Source of the DNA: a virus
Strand: one strand, 5' to 3'
Virus record (IMG/VR): IMGVR_UViG_3300045922_000293
Coordinates: 1-64,000 of that record
DNA: 64,000 bases
The notes under the pieces are model-generated. The model was not told the origin of the DNA, did not search any database, and saw only the letters and a program-made list of their open reading frames with translations. The translations under genes were made by a program, and so were the position numbers. Below are positions 1 to 10,915 of the stretch, one piece after another. How positions within the stretch are numbered: the stretch's first letter is position 1; each line of letters starts with the position of its first letter.

Positions 1-580
1 GGCTGGGACGATTTCTAAGGACTACAAAAGCATGTCTGTTTAGATTGTCATGGCGATGGATCAGCGGGCGTGCATCGTAAGATCGGTGCTGCATGTCAAA
101 AAGATCTGAATCCTATGATTACAAAAGGATGGCAACCCGCATGTTCTTGTGATGTAGGGGAGAATGCTCCCGTATCAGGCACCGTGATGGACCCGTTTGC
201 GGGTTCCTGCACTACGGGCGATGTGGCTTCTGGAAATGGCTATCGATCAGTGTGACCGATCACAAAATGATGGCAAGAGTGCTTATGGGGATAGTCATAC
301 GATTTGGGATGTCACGGAACCAGCTTCGCCTGAAGTTCAAGATGTTCTGAAGTCCGCACCCGCGCCTGTAACGGGAGCACGTAAGTTTTCGTATGAGGGG
401 TTTGATTTTGTGGGTTGCGATCTGAATGAATCTTATGTGAATATAGCTTGCGCACGCATTGACACGGAAGCCGTGACACTCAAGAAAAAACAGACAAAAA
501 AAGCACAAGCAAAAACTGAAGCAAAGCCTCAAGAAGCCCCCCTAAATTATTTGACTTCTTTTGATCAGATTGAAATATGA
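1..580 (+). pseudogene. 3' part of an N4/N6 DNA methyltransferase, interrupted by frameshifts
   Basis: Frame 1 gives GWQPACSC...TVMDPFAGSCTTG (SAM-binding motif I) but stops at 253-255. The expected continuation EGFDFVGCDLNESYVNIACARI is in frame 2 (ORF 197-580). Removing one base near 226-231 gives TTGDVALEMAIDQ. Frame 1 also has a stop at 16-18. Confidence 0.6.
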
Positions 581-2796
581 CAACACAAACATGTGACATC
601 AAGATCAAGCGCATTAAATATCAGGATACGGGTACGGGCTTTGCGATTGTGGAAGCACAGCCTAGTCAAGCCACGATGGTATGCAATGTATTCAAGGGCT
701 ATTTTCATCAGATGCGGATCGCAACCGGTATGACTTTGCATGTCACCGCTAAACTGGCATCTCATCCTAAATGGGGAACCTTTTGGGAAGTAACTCAGGC
801 ATCCATCCCGATTATGCGTCAGAATGCGAGACATACTTTCAAGATGCATATGGAAGCCTACCTTCAGGATATGGTCAGATCGCGTGTAGTAGACACGGTA
901 TCCAAATGCATCCCCTTGGATGATGATACTTTTTGGGATAATTTTACACACGATCCTGAAATACTCTACACGCTATGCCCTTCACATATGCACGAGGATG
1001 TAAAGAGCTTGATCGCTGCATGGCTTGATTTCAGGCAGCATCATAATGTGTTTGAAGGTTTGATTAAGATCGGCATCACTCCATCTCAAATTGCGAAAAT
1101 ATTTGAAACACTTGGTGAGGAGAATGCAATACAGAAGATTGAGGAGAATCCTTATTGCCTACTGTGGGTAGATACGATTAAGTTCAGTCAAGCGGACGCT
1201 TATGCTACGGAGATAAAAGGGTACACGAAAGATAATCCTCGCTGCATCACGTACATGCTTTATGCGATCTTTGTGAAGATATTGATCAGCCAAGGCCACA
1301 TTTATCTCACAATTCAAGAGTTAGAAAAAGAATCGCGTGAAATTTTAGAGAGAGAAGGTCAAGATGCTTTTTACTTAGATTATTTGCCTGAATGTTTGAA
1401 AACATGGCAAGATGATCATTGGATTCATGTTACACCCGAAGGTCATATTTATGAATCTATGACGTATGGTCACGAGTTGGCTATTGTGGATTATATCACA
1501 GATCGTCTTAGGACCCCGATCACAGATACTCTTGAGGTTTCGCAGATTTTAGACCTTGAGACACGCCACGGAATTGAGTTATCAGATACCCAGCGTGATG
1601 CCGTATACGGGATGCTTACGAACAGGATGTATCTTTTGACGGGGTTGCCCGGTACAGGTAAGAGCACCGTGATGAAGATCGCCTATGCTGCGTTTAGGCA
1701 AAAAAATCTTCATATTGTGATGCTCGCACCTACGGGCATTGCGGCCCAGCGTCTTTCGTATACCAGCGGGGCGGATGCTCTGACGGTCCATGCCTTCTTA
1801 GGGTATAAGGGACAGGATAGTTGGACGCATGGTGAATCACATCCCGTTCGCGCTGATGTCGTGATCGTGGATGAAGTGTCGATGATGGGTCAAAATTTGC
1901 TCTACCGTCTCTTGAGTGCCTTGCCCCTTGATTGTCAAGTGATTCTGACGGGTGATTCCGAGCAGTTACCGAGCGTAGATCAGGGCTATGTATTGCATGA
2001 CCTAATTTCATCTGGCGTGATCCCCCGTTCGCACTTTACAGAGATCTTTAGGCAGGAGCACACGAGCGCTATCGTGACCGCCGCCCATGCGATTAGCAAC
2101 GGGACATTGCCCCCCCTTGATCAGCCTAAGTCTGATTTTGTGTTCATTCAAGAAAATGATGCTTTCAAGGCACAAGTCATGATTCTTGAGGCGGCCTCAA
2201 AGCTGTATCAGCTCTCTCAGAAAACTGATGTGAGCTATCAAGTGATCGCGCCTTTGTATGCGGGCCCGTTGGGTGTGGACGCCTTAAATACAAAATTAAG
2301 AGATATGCTCAACCCCCCTCATCCCTCACATGCAGAAAAAACTTTCGGCTTCATTTCATTAAGGGAAGGCGATCGTGTCATGTGTGTGAGAAATGACTCG
2401 GCATTAGGGGTCTATAACGGGGAGATCGGGAAAGTTGCGGTGTTAGATGGGAAGGCGAAAGAATTGCGCTTGAAAATGTATGGGCTCACCCCGCAAGATC
2501 ATCGCGTCGTCAGTATTCCGTACAATCAAGTCACTCGCATGATCCGCCCCGCCATGTGCGTGACAACTCATAAATCACAGGGTCAGGAATGGGATATTGT
2601 GGTGTTGGCCTTGCACCCGCAACATGGCAAGATGCTTCAGCGTCAGTTAGTGTATACCGCGATCACGCGCGCGCGTAAGCGTGTGATCGTGATAGGCTCG
2701 TGGCAGTCCCTTCATAAGGCGATTCAGGTCACGGGTGCCTCGAATCGGAATACACAGCTAGGATCGAGGCTAAAAGCCTCTTGCCATTCCGTTTGA
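577..2796 (+). CDS. recD2: RecD2-like SF1B DNA helicase
   Basis: Walker A GLPGTGKS, APTGIAA, DEVSM, GDSEQLPSV, THKSQGQEW and YTAITRAR, plus the N-terminal ENPYxL region typical of RecD2. Confidence 0.92.
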   Translation: MTTQTCDIKIKRIKYQDTGTGFAIVEAQPSQATMVCNVFKGYFHQMRIATGMTLHVTAKLASHPKWGTFWEVTQASIPIMRQNARHTFKMHMEAYLQDMVRSRVVDTVSKCIPLDDDTFWDNFTHDPEILYTLCPSHMHEDVKSLIAAWLDFRQHHNVFEGLIKIGITPSQIAKIFETLGEENAIQKIEENPYCLLWVDTIKFSQADAYATEIKGYTKDNPRCITYMLYAIFVKILISQGHIYLTIQELEKESREILEREGQDAFYLDYLPECLKTWQDDHWIHVTPEGHIYESMTYGHELAIVDYITDRLRTPITDTLEVSQILDLETRHGIELSDTQRDAVYGMLTNRMYLLTGLPGTGKSTVMKIAYAAFRQKNLHIVMLAPTGIAAQRLSYTSGADALTVHAFLGYKGQDSWTHGESHPVRADVVIVDEVSMMGQNLLYRLLSALPLDCQVILTGDSEQLPSVDQGYVLHDLISSGVIPRSHFTEIFRQEHTSAIVTAAHAISNGTLPPLDQPKSDFVFIQENDAFKAQVMILEAASKLYQLSQKTDVSYQVIAPLYAGPLGVDALNTKLRDMLNPPHPSHAEKTFGFISLREGDRVMCVRNDSALGVYNGEIGKVAVLDGKAKELRLKMYGLTPQDHRVVSIPYNQVTRMIRPAMCVTTHKSQGQEWDIVVLALHPQHGKMLQRQLVYTAITRARKRVIVIGSWQSLHKAIQVTGASNRNTQLGSRLKASCHSV

Positions 2797-2866
2797 CCCG
2801 TGATAGTTATCAGCCCAAGAGGGTGGACCCTAACGAAGCCTACAAAACACAAAGATCATACAAAAC

Positions 2867-3202
2867 ATGAAGATCACGAGCATCACGTCCACCTTTACGT
2901 TCACTGCCCCTGATACTGTGAGCGGTGCCAAGTCAGAGATGAGCCTCACGATGACTGCCGAGCCTGATGATCCGTTTAATTTCCCGTGGACGTTGGACCA
3001 GGCGAAGGAGGCGCACATCATTCTTGCGCGGACGGTTGTGTCAGATGTTTACCTTGCCATGTGTGCGCAGGGCTCCGTTGATCCCGCCGTCTCAAAGCCT
3101 TATCTGGATAAGATGCAAGCCCGTTTTAGTTCTGTGCAAGCCAAGCGCAGCGCCATGGTGGCAGAAGCGAAGGCTCAAGAAGAGGTGCCCGATGTTATCT
3201 GA
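2867..3202 (+). CDS. hypothetical protein
   Basis: 111-aa ORF with ATG start, overlapping the next gene. Confidence 0.7.
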   Translation: MKITSITSTFTFTAPDTVSGAKSEMSLTMTAEPDDPFNFPWTLDQAKEAHIILARTVVSDVYLAMCAQGSVDPAVSKPYLDKMQARFSSVQAKRSAMVAEAKAQEEVPDVI

Positions 3203-3866
3203 TGTTCAGGTTCAACAGATCCTAGACGCCGTGGCGGAGATGCGTGTAGATCTGCCCCTCGCGGTGGATTTTCTCACAGCGGAGTTACTTCAAGAGAAGA
3301 TTCTTGAGGTGAGAAATCATGATAATAATGTGCAGTATTATTATCGCCAGATCATCTCTTCCAAACGTGTTGTGGAGGCCGCCTATCAATGCGCGCAGCT
3401 AGAATATGATGTGCTCTATGATGAGACCTTAGTGTCCGATGCCGTGTTAAGGTATAGCAGTGCGAAGGATCGTGAGTCTAAGACGAAGACGATCTTGAAA
3501 GATCACAAGAGGGCTTTGGACAAACATAAACGTGATCTGACCGACTTGAAGCATCTTGAGACAATTACGAAGGCCAAGATCAATGAGCTGAAGAGTGTAT
3601 CTCAAGATATTCAAAAATTGCGATCGTTGATGCGCGATGGTAACGAGTCGAAGAGTTATTACGGATCTGAGTATACGGATAGCATCCGATCTGAGCCCAA
3701 AGATCTGAAGGTTTCAGATGAGGTCTTGTTAGAGGGGGTTCGTCAAAAACCTGACCCCATAAAGTTTGATGATCTTCATGTAGTATCCGCGACGGATCAC
3801 GTCCCCGTTCCTAGTCAACATAAATCTGAAGCCTCTTTTGAGGACTATTTTGACGATCTTTCTTGA
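3192..3866 (+). CDS. helical/coiled-coil protein, possibly a UvsY-like recombination mediator
   Basis: Likely start is ATG 3192 after GAGG. Helical composition with an acidic C-terminus, located beside SSB and RecA. The function is an inference. Confidence 0.45.
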   Translation: MLSDVQVQQILDAVAEMRVDLPLAVDFLTAELLQEKILEVRNHDNNVQYYYRQIISSKRVVEAAYQCAQLEYDVLYDETLVSDAVLRYSSAKDRESKTKTILKDHKRALDKHKRDLTDLKHLETITKAKINELKSVSQDIQKLRSLMRDGNESKSYYGSEYTDSIRSEPKDLKVSDEVLLEGVRQKPDPIKFDDLHVVSATDHVPVPSQHKSEASFEDYFDDLS

Positions 3867-4068
3867 TCAGGGCCTCTCCTCTGTCAAATAAATAAAAAAG
3901 ATGTAAACAGACCACTTTCTGGGGGCTATACATCATAGTGAAGATTGAGGTGACACCAACACGCACGAGGGCAGGCGTCAATCATCTTAACTCAAGGCCA
4001 GCGTCCATAAGACTAAGCCTTTCAATCCCGAAACAAAAGCCCCTCGCCTAATAGGAGCGCGTAAGACC

Positions 4069-4758
4069 ATGAGTGATTTTATAGGTTTTGGTGTGAATGA
4101 TGAGGTTCTTAGCCGTGGTGATCTTGAGTATTATCGTGGCAAGCAGGGCATTGTGGATCGCATCGCGTTGTGCTGGCTCAATCGTGATGCAGACGGCAAG
4201 CCGCTTATCAGTGACTTCCGTGATCCAGATCCCAAGATCACCCCGCGCTTCAAGCTGGAGATGCACCACTATGTGCAAGGCTTGGGGTATATTAAGCCCG
4301 TGGATCCGTACACCACTGAGAAGTTTGGCCCTCCCAAGACGATGATCACGACGTTTATCGTCAAGTATGCGACGGACCGCCTTGGGCAGATTCATGGTGA
4401 TCTTGATATCTCTAAGGTCTCTGTTCACCCTTGGAAGGTGAGCCCTGACAAGTTCAACCGTATGAAGGTCATGCACGGGGAGTTCAATCTCACCTGCACC
4501 GACATTAAGGTCTCTTGTAAAGAAGAGAAGTTTCAGAACATGGATATGACTCAGTGCAACGGCCTTGCGTTGTGGATCAAAGACCCTGAGATCCGCAAGT
4601 TTGTTTTGAAGCAGGTTGAGCAGATGGAGCGCAAGCTCAAGGGTGTCCGTGAGTTGACGGTCGCCGAGATTAAAGAGAAGCTGGGGGAGTCTGAGGTGGC
4701 GGTCCCCGCAACGGCGGATGCCTCTAACTTTGATGATCTGATGGACACCTTGGGCTAG
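4069..4758 (+). CDS. single-stranded DNA-binding protein, gp32-like
   Basis: AGGAG upstream. C-terminal tail NFDDLMDTLG resembles the T4 gp32 acidic tail. Sits among recombination genes and is followed by a terminator. Confidence 0.65.
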   Translation: MSDFIGFGVNDEVLSRGDLEYYRGKQGIVDRIALCWLNRDADGKPLISDFRDPDPKITPRFKLEMHHYVQGLGYIKPVDPYTTEKFGPPKTMITTFIVKYATDRLGQIHGDLDISKVSVHPWKVSPDKFNRMKVMHGEFNLTCTDIKVSCKEEKFQNMDMTQCNGLALWIKDPEIRKFVLKQVEQMERKLKGVRELTVAEIKEKLGESEVAVPATADASNFDDLMDTLG

Positions 4759-4763
4759 CCAAC

Positions 4764-4798
4764 AAAATATCCCCCCTTTCAAAAGGGGGGATATTTTT
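4764..4798 (+). terminator. intrinsic terminator, possibly bidirectional
   Basis: Inverted repeat AAAATATCCCCCCTTT-CA-AAAGGGGGGATATTTT immediately after the SSB stop codon. Confidence 0.8.
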
Positions 4799-4858
4799 GC
4801 GTGAAGATACATGACGCCCCTTCATAGGGGCGTGGAAGGGCACAAGGATGACGCGGAA

Positions 4859-5599
4859 ATGAAATACATAGGTCTTGACCCGAGTTTGGCGGGGTTTGGG
4901 TATAGTGTGATCACGCATACGATCAATGAGGAGGGTCAAGAAGTCAATCAACCGTTAGATCATGGCGTATGGAAGACTCCATCTTCTATGCTTTACGTTA
5001 AGCGTTATATGACGTTAGCCGCGCATATGGATCGCCTTGTGGCCGATCACCCTGATGCTGTGATAGGTATGGAAATCCCGCCCCCTCAAGCCTCATGGTT
5101 CGGAGGCTTGTATGCATTACATGTAAAATTGATGGAGATTGCCTTAGTCCATAGACGTTTTACAGTATTGTGGTCCCCCTCTACGGTGAAGAGTGTCTCT
5201 CAGGGGTTTTTGGGATATAAAGGCACCCTATCTAAGCATGAAATGGTGAAGACGGCGGCGAAGATATTTGGTAACTACGAAGGTAAGAAGACTTATAACC
5301 ATAATGCGGCGGATGCCCTTATCGTGGCTTATACGACGGCCAGATTCAACGCATACCGCTTAAATCTATTGCCCGCCTCCTCCTTATCCATCTATGAAAC
5401 GCATTCTTTTATTAAGAATGCTCGGGGTGTGAAGGGGCACATAACGAAAGAAGATGAGTATTTTTTCTCATTTAATACCGAGAAATGGGCTCATATTTTA
5501 GATGATATAGATGTGCTGCCCTCCCCAAGGGGTTCCACACACCCCATTCTCCCAAAATTTGAAACTCCCGTGAAGAAAACACGAAAGAAAAAGGCATAA
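4859..5599 (+). CDS. RuvC-like Holliday junction resolvase
   Basis: YIGLDPSLAGFG, IGMEIP and HNAADAL carry the RNase H-fold acidic residues. Confidence 0.8.
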   Translation: MKYIGLDPSLAGFGYSVITHTINEEGQEVNQPLDHGVWKTPSSMLYVKRYMTLAAHMDRLVADHPDAVIGMEIPPPQASWFGGLYALHVKLMEIALVHRRFTVLWSPSTVKSVSQGFLGYKGTLSKHEMVKTAAKIFGNYEGKKTYNHNAADALIVAYTTARFNAYRLNLLPASSLSIYETHSFIKNARGVKGHITKEDEYFFSFNTEKWAHILDDIDVLPSPRGSTHPILPKFETPVKKTRKKKA

Positions 5600-5603
5600 T
5601 AAC

Positions 5604-6830
5604 ATGACATCAAAGTTTTCGGTCATCATGTCCTCTCTCAGAAAGTCTAAAGGGGGGATCATTGACATCAATAACAAGGTCAATACAAGCATTCACAGTG
5701 CTAGCCTCCCCCATATTTCTACAAACTGCATCTTGATTGATCACTTGATCGGGGGCACCCCCACGGCATCAGGAGAGTTGCTCTGTCCGGGATTCCCCAA
5801 GGGCCGCATTGTGGAGGTGTACGGAGGAGAGGGGTCGGGTAAGACAAGCCTTTGTCTTCAGGCAGCGGCTATGTGTCAGAAGAACGGCGGATCGGTTCTC
5901 TATCTGGACTATGAAAACGCGATCTCATTGCCTTATGCGACGGCGTTAGGTCTCGATATCAATGATGAAGACTCGTTTGTGATCTGGCAACCTCAACACT
6001 TTGAGGAAGGCGCAGAGCTGATCAAGAAGTGTGTGGAGGGTGGTATCGATCTCATTATTGTAGATAGCGTGAGCGCGATGGTGCCCCAGAAGCTTCTTGA
6101 ATCCGCCTCGGATCTTGGTCAGATCGGCATCTTGGCCCGTAGCATGTCTGCCTTCTTGCCCAAAGTGGTCAAAGAATGTCATAAAATGGGCACAACGATC
6201 GTCTTCATTAATCAGGTCCGCAACCGCATCAAGGCATCTAAGTATGATGCAGGGCCTGACGAGGATACAAGCGGGGGTAAGGCGCTTAAGTATTATGCGA
6301 GCCTTCGTCTTAAGTTGGCGGCCCGCACGAAGCTCAAGCGTCAGATCGTGAACCATCTCACAGGTGCAAAAGAAGAACAGGATTATGCAACGGTTGTGCG
6401 TGTGACGGGCATCAAGAATAAGCTCGCGCCGCTACAAGGGAATAAAGTGGATGTCACGGTACGCTTCGGCATGGGCTTTGACAACTTTCAAAGCATCATT
6501 GATATCGCGATGGCTAGAAATATCATCAAGAAGGCTGGGGCTTGGATGCGGTTTGAAGGCGCGGATGGTGAACCAGTGAGCTTGCAAGGGGCGGATAAGC
6601 TCTATACCTACCTAAAAGAGCACCCAGCGGATTATCAAGCTATTTTAGGCAAGATCACGGAATTCTTCGAGGCGATCGATAGCATGGCCGCGATCCGTGA
6701 TGCTTCGGATGGTTCAGAAGATAAAGATATGTCCGTCACTTATGTGGAGGAAAAGATATCTGACGATGATGACCTGTTTGATGATGACGATCTTGAGGTG
6801 GATGAAGAAGGGTTTATAGACTTCAGCTGA
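5604..6830 (+). CDS. recA: recombinase RecA
   Basis: GFPKGRIVEVYGGEGSGKT, IIVDSVSAM, FINQVR, SGGKALKYYASLRL, KKAGAW and an acidic tail. Confidence 0.96.
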   Translation: MTSKFSVIMSSLRKSKGGIIDINNKVNTSIHSASLPHISTNCILIDHLIGGTPTASGELLCPGFPKGRIVEVYGGEGSGKTSLCLQAAAMCQKNGGSVLYLDYENAISLPYATALGLDINDEDSFVIWQPQHFEEGAELIKKCVEGGIDLIIVDSVSAMVPQKLLESASDLGQIGILARSMSAFLPKVVKECHKMGTTIVFINQVRNRIKASKYDAGPDEDTSGGKALKYYASLRLKLAARTKLKRQIVNHLTGAKEEQDYATVVRVTGIKNKLAPLQGNKVDVTVRFGMGFDNFQSIIDIAMARNIIKKAGAWMRFEGADGEPVSLQGADKLYTYLKEHPADYQAILGKITEFFEAIDSMAAIRDASDGSEDKDMSVTYVEEKISDDDDLFDDDDLEVDEEGFIDFS

Positions 6831-6910
6831 TGTTATTTGAAAACCTAGTGTGAAGCGCGTTTAGGGTGTTTCTTGGCATGAGGCTAAGCAGTACCCTAGT
6901 AAGGATAAGG

Positions 6911-9900
6911 ATGCAAGCATATTATACTCGTGCGATTCTCGCAGAAGCCATTATGGCTTACGTGAGCATGCAGCTATTCATTCCGAAGAATGTCAGTATA
7001 TTAGACATGTGCGCGGGCTCAGGGAGGTTAGCCATTCCTTTGTTGAAGCTCCATAGCCTCAAAGCTAAGAAATCTTCTATAAAGGACGCCTCAAGGCACA
7101 TCACCCTTATCGATACGGATGGGGAGGCGCTTCTGGAGGCCAAAAAAGGCGTCAAAGATATCTCGGATGTCTGTGAGGCATTCTCGATGTCAGTCGAAGA
7201 GTGGGCGAGCACGTTCCCCTCTCAAAATGATCACAATTTGATCATTTGTAATCCGCCCTTTGGTCCCCGCATGGGTCGAAGCGCGCTGGGTGAGCAGTTG
7301 CGCGATATGCACTTACCTGAGATTGAATACTTTGAGAGGTATTTTCTCACGGTCGCTGCGGGGTTGAATAAGCGAGATAGCAATGCAATGCTCATCTTCT
7401 TGATCCCCGATAACTTCTGGCTAGGTTCGGAGGGGTTGGTAACAGGTCAGTATCTTGAAAATTTAGGGTGGGTGCCCGTCGTGCGTACTTTACCTATTGA
7501 CGGGTATGAGCATTCAAAGGTCAAAACGTGCCTTTGGATTTTCAATCGACCTCACCAGTACGGGTCTAAACTTATGAGGTGGTCGGATCAGATCAAGAGA
7601 TTGTTAGACAACGCACCTCCTTTGATTGTGGACCCTGAGTACGTCACAATCAAAGACGCGTATCAGCGCGATTTGACGGGGTGGACCTGTGCTTCCTTGA
7701 AGAAAGGCGCACAGTTCACGTCCCATTGTGTTGATTTGGTAGTGCTACAAGAGAAAAATCTTGAGCCTTCTTATCAATACATGTGGACGCCATCACCTAA
7801 GCCCATTGGGGATCTTTGGCTGCGTCAAGGTGTGATGTATCAGCTTGATTATCTAGGTTGGGTTCCCGCACAAACTAAGGGGTTTGTGGATGGGCTCGCG
7901 GCCAATGATCACTTTCAGATCGCACAAGACGCTTTCAAGCTCATGAAGCAAGGTGCTGTGAATACCGCCGCCCATTTTATGAGCTTGGTGGATGTAAAAG
8001 CTCTCCAAGAGTTGTATGGCAAGCTCTCGAATGCATCATTCTTGAAGATCCTTCCTTCCGCTAAGGCGGATTCCGATGCGCTCCTCAAAGACCTTAGCAA
8101 GATCGGTAAGATTCATATCAAAGACTTTCAAGGGAAGATGAATTGGGGTGATACCCTGAGCCTTGAAGGGGTACTTCAAACCGATTCGTATATTTATACA
8201 CGTGAATCTTTGAAAGTCTCGGATATTGCCCAGATGTATCTTGAGGGTGTGCTTTTATCTCAAGATCTTCAAAATAAGTTGAATGAGGCGATTGTGCATC
8301 AAATCATTCCAGATACGATGCTAGAGCTGCGCTCGGCTTGGATTCCAAAACCGTTGATCGCATCTTATCTACGTCTTAATTATGATGAAAAGGAAGGTCT
8401 TTATGCCCATTCAAGACATGCCACAGTTGAGGCTTATCGCATGGTTCCTTGGCTTAATTACAGTCAAGGTCGCGGCGGGCGGATTCGAGATGGGGATGAG
8501 GATCGATATCAGGAACTGAACCTGATCTTTGTGCGGGATATGCACGCATGGCATGATGAGGAGTCAGCATATGTGCGCAAGAGGGTTCATTGCCACTGGT
8601 TTGTATACAATGCCAAGAAGGCCCTTCTTCATCCCAAGGCTACCCAAGAAGGCGTGCATACAAATCAAGCTGCGCGTCCTCTCCATTGGTGGCAGACACA
8701 AGATATCCCGTTTGCGCTCAAGGGGGAAGCATTCGTGTGTTGGGATGTAGGCTTGGGTAAGACAGCGGGGGCGTTAGCGGCGGGAATGGAACATGTCGGA
8801 CAGGTCTTGATCGCGGTGCCTAAAAGTGTTCTCACAAAATGGCTCTGTGAAATGCAAAGGTTCTATCCTCAAGCGAGCGTCGGGGTCTTGGGCTATGAGA
8901 AGACTAGAAAAGGTACGTGGGTACCCAAGTATAAGGATCTCATCGCGCACACGCAAAAATATTTCTTTGACAGCCCTACGAAATTCATTCTTACGACACA
9001 TCAAGTCATCGCACGTCTTGAAGTGTCAGACGCGATCAAGCAGTCCTATGATGTGGAGCGAGCGATCGCGGCGGTACAAGGCACAGGGCAACGAGCTAAA
9101 AAATATCGCGAGGCTGCGATCACACGAGCGGCGGCGCTGAATTTTAGACAGGGTGGCGAGCTGACATATACGGACCTGCCCCTTGCCCAGATGTTGTTCA
9201 TTATTGACGAGGCTCATGCGTTTAAAAGTCTGGAGACGATGCCCTCAAGCGGGTGGGGCGACCAGCTTATTCAAGCGGGTTCTTGTGGTCAAAGCAAGCG
9301 CTCGCGCGACATGTACATGAAGATGGATCTTCTGCGGAAGCAGGGTGGACTAACTCTCGCACTTACTGCCACGCCAGTCATGAATAGCGTTGTAGAGATC
9401 TTTAATATGCTATCGATCTTTGCGCCGTCTACTTTGCGTGCGCGCGGCATCACAACGCCAGCACAGTTTATTGATACATATTGCGTCCGCCAAGCCATCA
9501 CGACCCTTAGCGTCAAGGGTGAGGTGCTACAGGGCCAGACGATATCGGGCTTTAGAAATCTTCACGACTTGAAGGCACTTTTTGATGAATGCATGATCAC
9601 AAGAACTGCGTCAGATGTGGATCTTCCTGTTCCCGAGGGCCGCGAGCACATCATTAAGATCACACCTACACCTAAACTCTCAAGGTTCATCCGCGAGCAA
9701 CAGCAGCAGATTGACGATCGGATTGAGGCAAACACCAAACGCGATCAAGACCCGGGTCAAGATGATCACATCTTCACGATCATCTCACGGATAGACTCCG
9801 CTGCGATTCATCCGCCTCTTGTTGACATCCATGATGAGCATCCGAAGGCAGATGCTTTGTTAGATCGTGTTCTGCCTCTCTACAAGGAAGGTAAGGGCCA

Positions 9901-10891
9901 GATCATATTCTCAGATCGCATTGAATCCCATAGTGGTCTCGTCAAGATCATGGCGGCGGCGGGGATCGATCCAAAACATATTGCTTGCATCAATGGTGAG
10001 GACACGGCCTCGGCCTCGGATCGCTTGAAGGTGCAGGACAGGTTTAATGAGGGTGAAGTGAAGATCGTGATCGGAGGCAAAATGGCAAGCGAGGGCATTG
10101 ACCTTCAGAAGCAGTGCTCCGCTATTCACTTTCTCACAATTGCTTGGGAAGACCAGACCATGCATCAACGCAAGGGTCGCGGCTTGCGTCAAGGTAATGA
10201 TGCTGATTTAGTGGATATCTACTATTATCTTCTTGAGTCCAGTACGGATATCTACCGCTTTGCAACATGTCAAAACAAGTCACACTGGTGGACGGCGCTC
10301 CGCTCTGCTCATACGGATCATATCACCGCGAGCGTCTTTCATGATCCTATGGACGTTGACATGATCGCTTCCTTGTCCGCAAAACCTGAAAAGATGCTTG
10401 AGCTTTTGCAAGGCGCACGTTTAGCGGGTGAGATCCATTCACATATGAAGAAAGTGCAACGCTATGCGTATCCCATCTTCAAGATCATGCTGGATGTCGA
10501 TGGTGATGTCCAGCGTAGGTTGATTGATAAGATGGTGACCACGCTGAGAGATCTTGAGCATATTCCGGGATCGGTGATTGACCTCCTCTTAGAAGGGCTG
10601 GATCGGGTCACTGCGATGTTGCGCGAGCGGGGATATAATCATCTCTCTGATAACTATCAGATCAGAAATTTTAGGGATCTGATCCCCCGCGGCAATATGT
10701 CTTATCATGAGTATTATAAGATTCCGGGTTCGCTCTCTGAGCTTTGCCGCTTGACATGTCATGAGGATACGGGTGAGGTGAGGCTTTGTCATGATGCCAG
10801 AGCCTATTTCAAGGCACACAAGGATCAGAGGCGTTATGTCAGCGTCGAACACCTGCCCCTTGTAGAAGATCACATGAACCTCAGTGCATAA
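6911..10891 (+). CDS. N6-adenine methyltransferase fused to a SNF2-like SF2 helicase (DarB-like)
   Basis: LDMCAGSG (motif I) and NPPF (motif IV), then WDVGLGKT, DEAH, TATP, EGIDLQ and QRKGRGLRQGN. ATG 6911 follows AAGG; the track start is 6866. Confidence 0.85.
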   Translation: MQAYYTRAILAEAIMAYVSMQLFIPKNVSILDMCAGSGRLAIPLLKLHSLKAKKSSIKDASRHITLIDTDGEALLEAKKGVKDISDVCEAFSMSVEEWASTFPSQNDHNLIICNPPFGPRMGRSALGEQLRDMHLPEIEYFERYFLTVAAGLNKRDSNAMLIFLIPDNFWLGSEGLVTGQYLENLGWVPVVRTLPIDGYEHSKVKTCLWIFNRPHQYGSKLMRWSDQIKRLLDNAPPLIVDPEYVTIKDAYQRDLTGWTCASLKKGAQFTSHCVDLVVLQEKNLEPSYQYMWTPSPKPIGDLWLRQGVMYQLDYLGWVPAQTKGFVDGLAANDHFQIAQDAFKLMKQGAVNTAAHFMSLVDVKALQELYGKLSNASFLKILPSAKADSDALLKDLSKIGKIHIKDFQGKMNWGDTLSLEGVLQTDSYIYTRESLKVSDIAQMYLEGVLLSQDLQNKLNEAIVHQIIPDTMLELRSAWIPKPLIASYLRLNYDEKEGLYAHSRHATVEAYRMVPWLNYSQGRGGRIRDGDEDRYQELNLIFVRDMHAWHDEESAYVRKRVHCHWFVYNAKKALLHPKATQEGVHTNQAARPLHWWQTQDIPFALKGEAFVCWDVGLGKTAGALAAGMEHVGQVLIAVPKSVLTKWLCEMQRFYPQASVGVLGYEKTRKGTWVPKYKDLIAHTQKYFFDSPTKFILTTHQVIARLEVSDAIKQSYDVERAIAAVQGTGQRAKKYREAAITRAAALNFRQGGELTYTDLPLAQMLFIIDEAHAFKSLETMPSSGWGDQLIQAGSCGQSKRSRDMYMKMDLLRKQGGLTLALTATPVMNSVVEIFNMLSIFAPSTLRARGITTPAQFIDTYCVRQAITTLSVKGEVLQGQTISGFRNLHDLKALFDECMITRTASDVDLPVPEGREHIIKITPTPKLSRFIREQQQQIDDRIEANTKRDQDPGQDDHIFTIISRIDSAAIHPPLVDIHDEHPKADALLDRVLPLYKEGKGQIIFSDRIESHSGLVKIMAAAGIDPKHIACINGEDTASASDRLKVQDRFNEGEVKIVIGGKMASEGIDLQKQCSAIHFLTIAWEDQTMHQRKGRGLRQGNDADLVDIYYYLLESSTDIYRFATCQNKSHWWTALRSAHTDHITASVFHDPMDVDMIASLSAKPEKMLELLQGARLAGEIHSHMKKVQRYAYPIFKIMLDVDGDVQRRLIDKMVTTLRDLEHIPGSVIDLLLEGLDRVTAMLRERGYNHLSDNYQIRNFRDLIPRGNMSYHEYYKIPGSLSELCRLTCHEDTGEVRLCHDARAYFKAHKDQRRYVSVEHLPLVEDHMNLSA

Positions 10892-10915
10892 GCAATCTAG
10901 CACACTCCCTTGGTT

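Noticed and set aside
2967-3191. N-terminal extension of ORF 2967-3866 overlapping the upstream gene
   Set aside because: ATG 3192 has a ribosome-binding site and normal coupling; the extension is a shadow of gene 2867-3202.
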